From positions 460-64,459 of the forward strand of contig MHNO01000009.1 in NCBI GenBank assembly GCA_001819815.1: a stretch of 64,000 nt of DNA, given 5' to 3'. Shown piece by piece: positions 58,126 to 64,000 of this stretch. How positions within the stretch are numbered: the first letter of the stretch is position 1; the number at the start of each line of letters is the position of its first letter. This DNA is from Candidatus Ryanbacteria bacterium RIFCSPHIGHO2_02_FULL_45_17b (lineage in GTDB: Bacteria; Patescibacteriota; Minisyncoccia; Ryanbacterales; 2-02-FULL-48-12). A program made the position numbers and the translations under genes. The notes under the pieces are model-generated. The model had not been told where the DNA came from. It ran no database searches and worked only from the letters and a program-made list of their open reading frames with translations.

Positions 58126-58887
58126 TTATACCCGTATGTGGTATCCGACACGAAACAAATGCCACAATAACCCCCCAAGAACCAAAAGAGAGCCCATAAT
58201 AACGAGTATTCCCGTGCTCACACTCGCTTCATGCACCCCAATCATAGCATAGCGAATACCGTCAATAAAATAGAAAAAAGGGTTAAATAAAACAACCTTC
58301 TGGAGTAACGCCGGTAACATGCTGACTGAATTAAACATCCCGCCCAAAAAGCTTAGCGGCATAATAATAAACGTGTTTAAAATAGTAAGCTGTTCAAAAC
58401 TTTGAGCCCAAAGTCCGATAAGAAGTCCAATAAGAGAAAACAATACGGCTACAGACAATGCATAAAAAATAAAAAGCCCTACATGAGCAAAACTCGCGGC
58501 ACTGAATAAAACCGCGATAACATAAATGCCCATACCCACTACTATCGCGCGCAAAACGCCACCAACAATATGGCCTATAATCATCTCCCAGTAGGCAAGC
58601 GGCGCCACCAACACTTCTTCAATGTGCCGCGCGAACCGCTGAAAGTACAAGGAAAAGGCGGTTTGCATAAATGCCCCCATAATAATATTCATCATAAGAA
58701 TTCCGGGGAGCACGAAATCAATGTATTCCACGCCTCCAATATTATCAATACGTGAACCCACAATGCGTCCGAATACAAAAATATATAAAAGCGCCGATAT
58801 CCACGGCGTAATTAATGTTTGAACGGCAACCCGCGAAAATCGTCCCAGTTCCCGCCTTACAAATGTCCACAATCCTATAATATTCAT
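58126..58887 (-). CDS. ABC-2 transporter permease (YadH-like)
   Basis: QTLITP, YIDFVLPG, IEEVLVAP, PLSFLGG.F, NPFFY.IDG.RY. Confidence 0.9.
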   Translation of the reverse strand: MNIIGLWTFVRRELGRFSRVAVQTLITPWISALLYIFVFGRIVGSRIDNIGGVEYIDFVLPGILMMNIIMGAFMQTAFSLYFQRFARHIEEVLVAPLAYWEMIIGHIVGGVLRAIVVGMGIYVIAVLFSAASFAHVGLFIFYALSVAVLFSLIGLLIGLWAQSFEQLTILNTFIIMPLSFLGGMFNSVSMLPALLQKVVLFNPFFYFIDGIRYAMIGVHEASVSTGILVIMGSLLVLGGLLWHLFRVGYHIRV

Positions 58888-59621
58888 ATGCCGGCAGTTA
58901 TTGTTTTCTTTGTAATTTCTAAATACATATGCTCAAGACGTTTGCCATCTTTAAGAAATGCCGAAGTATCATCAATCGCCGCTATGGATCCTTTATGTAT
59001 AATAGCAACACGATTGCATAAAAGTTCCACTTCTTCCAAATAATGCGACGTAAGTAAAATTGTCTTCCCTTCTTTGTTTAATTCACGGAGATAATCCCAC
59101 AACATATGCCGCAATTCCACATCCACGCCTGCCGTCGGCTCATCCAAGATTAAAAATGGCGGATTGTGCACCATGGCGCGCGCGAGCATTACCCGGCGTT
59201 TCAAACCGCCCGACAACATACGAAATTCTTTTTTTGCATGCTCTGTAAGATCAAACTGTTCTAAAAGATGCTCGATGCGTTCTTTGCGTTCGGCTTTCCG
59301 CATACCATAAAACCCACCCACATAGTCGAGTATGTCCCGGACACTACTAAAAATATCCACATTAAATTCTTGCGGAGCAAGCCCTACGTGCCTGCGCGCT
59401 TCACGGTAGTCTTTCACCACATCATGTCCATACACGCGGATACTACCGGATGTAATACGAGCAATGCCGGTTATACAGTGAATAGTGGTTGTTTTCCCGG
59501 CACCATTTGGTCCCAAAAAACCAAAAAACTCTCCCGGTTTTATGACAAACGAAATACCATTCACCGCGACAGCGGATCCATACGTCTTTCCCAAATTTTC
59601 TATTTCGAGCGCAGGAACCAT
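58884..59621 (-). CDS. ABC transporter ATP-binding protein (YadG-like)
   Basis: GPNGAGKTT, LSGG, ILDEPT, SHYLEE. Confidence 0.95.
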   Translation of the reverse strand: MVPALEIENLGKTYGSAVAVNGISFVIKPGEFFGFLGPNGAGKTTTIHCITGIARITSGSIRVYGHDVVKDYREARRHVGLAPQEFNVDIFSSVRDILDYVGGFYGMRKAERKERIEHLLEQFDLTEHAKKEFRMLSGGLKRRVMLARAMVHNPPFLILDEPTAGVDVELRHMLWDYLRELNKEGKTILLTSHYLEEVELLCNRVAIIHKGSIAAIDDTSAFLKDGKRLEHMYLEITKKTITAGI

Positions 59622-59640
59622 AATAATATCTCACCATACT

Positions 59641-59726
59641 CTATTGCTTGTAAGAAAAGTGTTCTTTATGGCCAACGAGTATGTATATAAAAGGCCATCG
59701 TAGAACACTTTTCTTGCAAGCAATAG
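59641..59726. repeat. long imperfect inverted repeat
   Basis: 25-nt arms 59641-59665 and 59702-59726 match 24/25; inner ATGGCC/GGCCAT pair. Confidence 0.8.
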
Positions 59727-59765
59727 AAGAAGATACAAAACGAAATCTAATCCTATGTGAAAACT

Positions 59766-61079
59766 TTAAAGTTTTGATATATCCCTCGGTAAAAACGTAT
59801 TAAGTATCCATTCAAGGGCTGTACGAAACTTAGCACGTAATCCGACAATTTTCAAAAGATACGCCACCCGATAGAGCACCCACGCGAGCACACCGGAAAA
59901 TTGAATTCCCGACACTTCAGCCAGCGCGGTGCCTTTTCCCACAGAGACAAGGAGCCCCTTATCACGCCAAAAAAACTCTTTCAAAGCTTTTTTACTCATC
60001 AAACGCACAATATTCTCCGCGGCAACTTCTCCTTCTCGTACCGCAAACTGCGCCCGCATGGGATACGGCTGGTCTCTTTCTTTTTTCTCAATCCATGCCT
60101 GATCCCCCGCAACAAACAAATACGGATAAGAAAGAACCTGCAGGTATTCATTTACTTTGATGCGTCGAGATTTCACATCTTTTAACACGCGCTTTTTTGA
60201 GACAATTTCAATCTCACGCGCCTGTACCCCTGCCGTCCAAATCACCGTACCTGCAGGAACAAACTCCCCTCCCGCGTGGATTCCTTCAGAAGATACTTCA
60301 GATAACGGCATGCCGCAAAATACCCGCACATGCTTGCTTGAAAGAATCTGAAACGCGCGATTCCCAAACCACTCATTGGCAAAACATATAAACCGCTCGC
60401 GCCCCTCGTACAAATGAATTTCTGCATATGGATACAAAAGCGGAAACGCTTTCTTCAATTCCCCATGAAGCAAATCAGCCAGTTCTCCCGCAAGTTCCAC
60501 TCCGGTGAGACCTCCGCCCGCAATCACAAAGCGCAACAGCCGCCTTTTTTCTGCTTCGCTTTTTGTAATTTGCGCTTGCTCAAAACTCTCAATAATCCGA
60601 TTCTTTACACGGCGTGCGTCTTCCAATGTGCTAAGCGTAAGCGTATGTTCTTTCGCGCCCGGTATATTAAAAAAATTCACGTCGGAACCAAGAGCAAGAA
60701 TGGCATAGTCAAATGGCACTTCTTCTTCGGATACTTCTTTTATTCTCTTGCCAGGGTCAGGAGCTTCAGGATTGAGATGATGAACCAGAATTTTTTTTGC
60801 ATCAATATCCACTCGCATAACACGCGCTTCTATAAAACGATTCAGGCAACAGGGTGGCAATGACCGAATCGACTGCGTAATGCTGGAGGGCAACAATGTG
60901 CCGGTAGCCACTTCATGTATCATGGGAACAAACGTAAAAAGATCCCGTTCACTTATGAACGTAATGTGCTTTTCTTTGGTGTCATGTAAAAGCTTATGCA
61001 AACGCAAGTAAGCGTACACGCCCGCAAAACCGGCACCTAGTATTACGATGCGTGTTTTTCCTTCCGCTTCTTTTCTCAT
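59766..61079 (-). CDS. ndh: type II NADH dehydrogenase family flavoprotein
   Basis: ILGAGFAG, ILALGS, GGGLTGVELAGEL, WTAGV, AGD, AQFA.REG. Confidence 0.88.
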   Translation of the reverse strand: MRKEAEGKTRIVILGAGFAGVYAYLRLHKLLHDTKEKHITFISERDLFTFVPMIHEVATGTLLPSSITQSIRSLPPCCLNRFIEARVMRVDIDAKKILVHHLNPEAPDPGKRIKEVSEEEVPFDYAILALGSDVNFFNIPGAKEHTLTLSTLEDARRVKNRIIESFEQAQITKSEAEKRRLLRFVIAGGGLTGVELAGELADLLHGELKKAFPLLYPYAEIHLYEGRERFICFANEWFGNRAFQILSSKHVRVFCGMPLSEVSSEGIHAGGEFVPAGTVIWTAGVQAREIEIVSKKRVLKDVKSRRIKVNEYLQVLSYPYLFVAGDQAWIEKKERDQPYPMRAQFAVREGEVAAENIVRLMSKKALKEFFWRDKGLLVSVGKGTALAEVSGIQFSGVLAWVLYRVAYLLKIVGLRAKFRTALEWILNTFLPRDISKL

Positions 61080-61230
61080 TACGGTAATTATACATCACTT
61101 CACGCGAACCACCAAAAAGCGATGCATAACTCTGTTGAGCAGAAGCAAAGCTACTTTTCAAAAAGACCATCCCCTCTCCACAGCCTCTTTTTGAAAAGTA
61201 CTTTACTTCTGCCACCAAACGATCGTTTTT

Positions 61231-61437
61231 CTAACTCGCTGTATATCCAAGCTCCGCGATTGCTTTAATGAGATCTTCTTTTTTTACTTTCGCGGGATCA
61301 ATTTCGAACACGCCCGTTTTGCCTTCATAACTCACTTCCGCTTTGGAAACACCGTCCATTTGGCTTGTAAGCATCTGAATCCCCACCGCGCACGACCCGC
61401 AGTGCATTCCTTCAATGTGTAGTTCTAATTTTTGCAT
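61231..61437 (-). CDS. copZ: heavy-metal-associated (CopZ-like) chaperone
   Basis: IEGMHCGSC…LGY, 68 aa, near a P1B ATPase. Confidence 0.88.
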   Translation of the reverse strand: MQKLELHIEGMHCGSCAVGIQMLTSQMDGVSKAEVSYEGKTGVFEIDPAKVKKEDLIKAIAELGYTAS

Positions 61438-61454
61438 AGCAACAATATCTTAGC

Positions 61455-62069
61455 TTATAATAACCCTTTTACTGCTTCCTGTATCGATTTTTTTATCTCT
61501 CCCCATTTAGTTTGTTTTATCATTATAGGATCCGGTTCGCTATCCGCATCAATAAAATACGTTATACTTTTTAGTATATGAAGTTTGTTGTATTTGATAT
61601 CTTTGTACTTCTCCTCAAAAAAATTAATAAGCGCGGGAAGTCCGTATTCCTGCATCAAGAAATAAATATCAACAAAATCTTTTTTACTGCCACGAGATGA
61701 AACAGCGTCTATTTTCATGGCAGCTATGTCGCGAGCGTCCGCAAGCATAATCTTCTCAAATGAAATAAGCGGATAGGTAAGATTGTAATCATAATGGAAG
61801 AAACTTACGCGAACATCATCAAGGATGCCATTTAATGTGGTATCGTCTTCACTTGTTACCGTGAAGGTTCCAGCTTGAGAAAGTTCTTTTTTAAGCACCG
61901 TGCCGTCAAATCGTTTTTGAGAAAAAAAATCCAGATCTACGGACTCGCGATGACCAAGATGAAGCGCCAATGCCGTGCCGCCCACAAGATAAAAATCATT
62001 GATGAAATTGCATGCACCTACCTGCGCAAGAACGCCCCCTGTTTGCCTATTGATTGCTTTGGGAAACAT
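61455..62069 (-). CDS. AbiEii/AbiGii-family nucleotidyltransferase toxin
   Basis: FYLVGGTALAL.LGHR.S.DLDFF, DIAAMK…..RG.KKDF.D. Confidence 0.9.
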   Translation of the reverse strand: MFPKAINRQTGGVLAQVGACNFINDFYLVGGTALALHLGHRESVDLDFFSQKRFDGTVLKKELSQAGTFTVTSEDDTTLNGILDDVRVSFFHYDYNLTYPLISFEKIMLADARDIAAMKIDAVSSRGSKKDFVDIYFLMQEYGLPALINFFEEKYKDIKYNKLHILKSITYFIDADSEPDPIMIKQTKWGEIKKSIQEAVKGLL

Positions 62070-62308
62070 TGTTCTGGATTAATAGTAAAATACATACACC
62101 AAAAATTATGGGACTTTTTATCCAGTACTCTACTTTTCTTAAGAACATCCTTTAATACATCTGCGCCGTACATATCAAGCGCCCAACGAAAATCCTCTTC
62201 GTCACCATATTGAAGGACACGCTCTATGACAAACCGCGCATTCTTTTGAATATCAATTTTACCTGCCTCTGTATCCCAAAAAAGGTTCCGTTTTTCAAGA
62301 GTGTACAT
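62018..62308 (-). CDS. DUF6922-like putative antitoxin
   Basis: LFWD….ID…..FVIERVLQYG…D..W; overlaps the toxin start. Confidence 0.8.
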   Translation of the reverse strand: MYTLEKRNLFWDTEAGKIDIQKNARFVIERVLQYGDEEDFRWALDMYGADVLKDVLKKSRVLDKKSHNFWCMYFTINPEQCFPKQSIGKQGAFLRR

Positions 62309-62358
62309 GTTTATATCATACCATAATGGCCTGCCTGTATTGAAGAGTCATAAACAAC

Positions 62359-62415
62359 CTACCACCCGCATGACCCGCAATGCATTCCTTCGATATGCAA
62401 TTCAAGTTTTTCCAT
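62359..62415 (-). pseudogene. truncated duplicate of the copZ 5' end
   Basis: Encodes MEKLELHIEGMHCGSCGW* versus MQKLELHIEGMHCGSCAV… at 61437. Confidence 0.8.
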
Positions 62416-62425
62416 ACATATGTAA

Positions 62426-62887
62426 TTAATTTCCTATAAAATTTCCCGTTTTTACCTGATAACGCAGTGCTGATATGGTTGGTGAAAATATTACCGTCCT
62501 CGTACTTATTTTAAACCGAGCTCTAATTTCATAATGAGTATTTTCCTGTAGTGCAGTGTATTGTATGGCTTTTTCCAGCTCTGCCACATCTGTCGTAGGA
62601 AACGGGTTATTTTTTGTAAGCGGGACATAATCTTTCGGAAACACTCCGTATTGAGAATGATATTCTTCCAGTAAAATTTGTATCTCGCTTATATACACTT
62701 TCAGATGAGTATCAAATTCCAATTTGTTGGCATACTCTTCTTGAGAAATTTCTTCTCCACCAATATTTTCTTGATCTTCCTGGATATTAAATTTTTTTGT
62801 TTGCACATCACTGAAAAAATACCAAACAGCCAACACTGCCATGCATGTTATTATCAATACAACAATAGTAGCCAAGAACTTATTCAT
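62426..62887 (-). CDS. hypothetical membrane-anchored protein
   Basis: N-terminal TM; LEEYHSQYGVFP resembles pseudopilin-type helices. Confidence 0.6.
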   Translation of the reverse strand: MNKFLATIVVLIITCMAVLAVWYFFSDVQTKKFNIQEDQENIGGEEISQEEYANKLEFDTHLKVYISEIQILLEEYHSQYGVFPKDYVPLTKNNPFPTTDVAELEKAIQYTALQENTHYEIRARFKISTRTVIFSPTISALRYQVKTGNFIGN

Positions 62888-62919
62888 ACAAATAGTTTAA
62901 TATTAATAGCTCATTCATT

Positions 62920-63999
62920 TTATAAATCCTTAACATATTCCTCGTTCTTGCGCTCCATCGGCGGCACATAGCGTTTGAGTGTAAGTGAGTTTGCTACCAC
63001 CGACACCGAGCTAAACGCCATGGCAAACCCTGCAATTTCCGGGCGGAGTGTTGCTTGCGAGAAACTATAGAATATGGGGCCGAAACTTCCAAGCTGACTC
63101 GAAAACGAAACCACCCAATCAGCCGGCACCCCCAACGACGATTGTGTTACCAATAAATGAATACCGCCCGCAATCGGGACCGCAAGCACGTTATAGATAA
63201 ACGCCCAAAACAAATTTTGCCATACTTTTTTAATTGTTTTTCCAGAAAGTTGAATGGCGGTTACCACATCGCGAATGTCGTCTTTCACCAACACCACCTG
63301 CCCCGTCTGCACCGCAACATCCGTGCCGGAACCTACCGCAATACCCACATCGGCTTGCGCGAGCGCGGGTGAATCATTAATGCCGTCTCCTACCATAGCA
63401 ACAGTTTTTCCCTCTTTCTGTAATTTTTTAATAACGTTCGCTTTATCTTGCGGCAGAACTTGCGCCATTACGCGGCCGATCCCCACCTGTTTGGCAATCG
63501 CTTTTGCTGTTTTTTGATTGTCTCCCGTTATCATGATGATTTCCTTTCCCATATCTTTCAAAGCGGAAATTGCCTCAGCCACATGGGGCTTTAATGTGTC
63601 AGCCATCGCGATAAGAGCCGTGAGCTGTTTATCCACAACAAGAAATACAACCGTTTTTGCTTCTCCCTGCAAACGCTCAAGCTCTTTTTTATGGGGAGCG
63701 ATATCCAAACCGAGATCTGCCATGTACAAGGGTTGCCCCACACGCACTTCGCGTATGCCGATAGTGCCACGCACCCCTTTTCCCGCAACCGCTTCAAAAT
63801 TTTTCACCTCTTGCAAAACGCCTTGTTCTTTTCCTTTTTCAATAATGGCGCGCGCCAACGGATGTTCAGAACCGGTTTCCACGGCACCCGCAAAAAGCAG
63901 CGCGTCTTTTTCCATAATATCTTTCCGTAACATGACCACATCTGTTACCACGGGTTTCCCAACAGTAAGCGTGCCGGTTTTATCAAACGCGATTGCCTG
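62920..63999 (-). CDS. copA: heavy-metal (Cu+-type P1B) P-type ATPase, 5' part beyond the window
   Basis: Frame open to the edge with FDKTGTLT; SEHPLA, GDGINDSPALAQAD, QNLFWAFIYN, AMAFSSVSV. Confidence 0.92.
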   Translation of the reverse strand, partial: QAIAFDKTGTLTVGKPVVTDVVMLRKDIMEKDALLFAGAVETGSEHPLARAIIEKGKEQGVLQEVKNFEAVAGKGVRGTIGIREVRVGQPLYMADLGLDIAPHKKELERLQGEAKTVVFLVVDKQLTALIAMADTLKPHVAEAISALKDMGKEIIMITGDNQKTAKAIAKQVGIGRVMAQVLPQDKANVIKKLQKEGKTVAMVGDGINDSPALAQADVGIAVGSGTDVAVQTGQVVLVKDDIRDVVTAIQLSGKTIKKVWQNLFWAFIYNVLAVPIAGGIHLLVTQSSLGVPADWVVSFSSQLGSFGPIFYSFSQATLRPEIAGFAMAFSSVSVVANSLTLKRYVPPMERKNEEYVKDL

Positions 64000-64000
64000 A

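Noticed and set aside
1-64000. Alternative genetic code (UGA recoding as in Gracilibacteria/SR1)
   Set aside because: Conserved genes are full-length in code 11, and TGA serves as a normal stop (scpA, scpB, cysS)

Overview
Bacterial chromosomal window, standard genetic code. The gene content and compact, often leaderless organisation suggest Patescibacteria/CPR (Parcubacteria-like); this is an inference, not a classification. From ~9 to ~51 kb it is mostly housekeeping: aspS, scpAB, a cell-wall block (D,D-carboxypeptidase, mraY, D-aminoacylase, ftsW, murG), gltX, rpmA, pyrG, rplI, S41 protease, corA, cysS, dnaB, recR, rplU, rmuC, a P-type ATPase, tRNA-Glu(CTC), mraZ-rsmH-ftsL-ftsI-murF, lysS, greA, mreBCD-PBP2 and proS. 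Two accessory zones flank it. The first (1-9 kb) is a mosaic of gene fragments, a REP-flanked RAYT transposase remnant, a sulfotransferase/kinase/methyltransferase unit, and a heme-oxygenase-like diiron enzyme paired with a multi-TM histidine kinase. The second (51.5-64 kb) holds a wHTH + Cas2-fold (PaaX-like) gene bracketed by a 42-nt palindromic inverted repeat pair, rseP, frr, an ECF sigma/anti-sigma pair, an ABC transporter, NDH-2, and a copper locus where an AbiEii-type toxin-antitoxin pair lies between a dead and a live copy of the copZ 5' end. The best candidates for undescribed systems are the repeat-bracketed PaaX/Cas2-like gene and the enzyme + receptor kinase pair. No CRISPR array or rRNA was seen. 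All family calls come from motif recognition by eye, with no database search.
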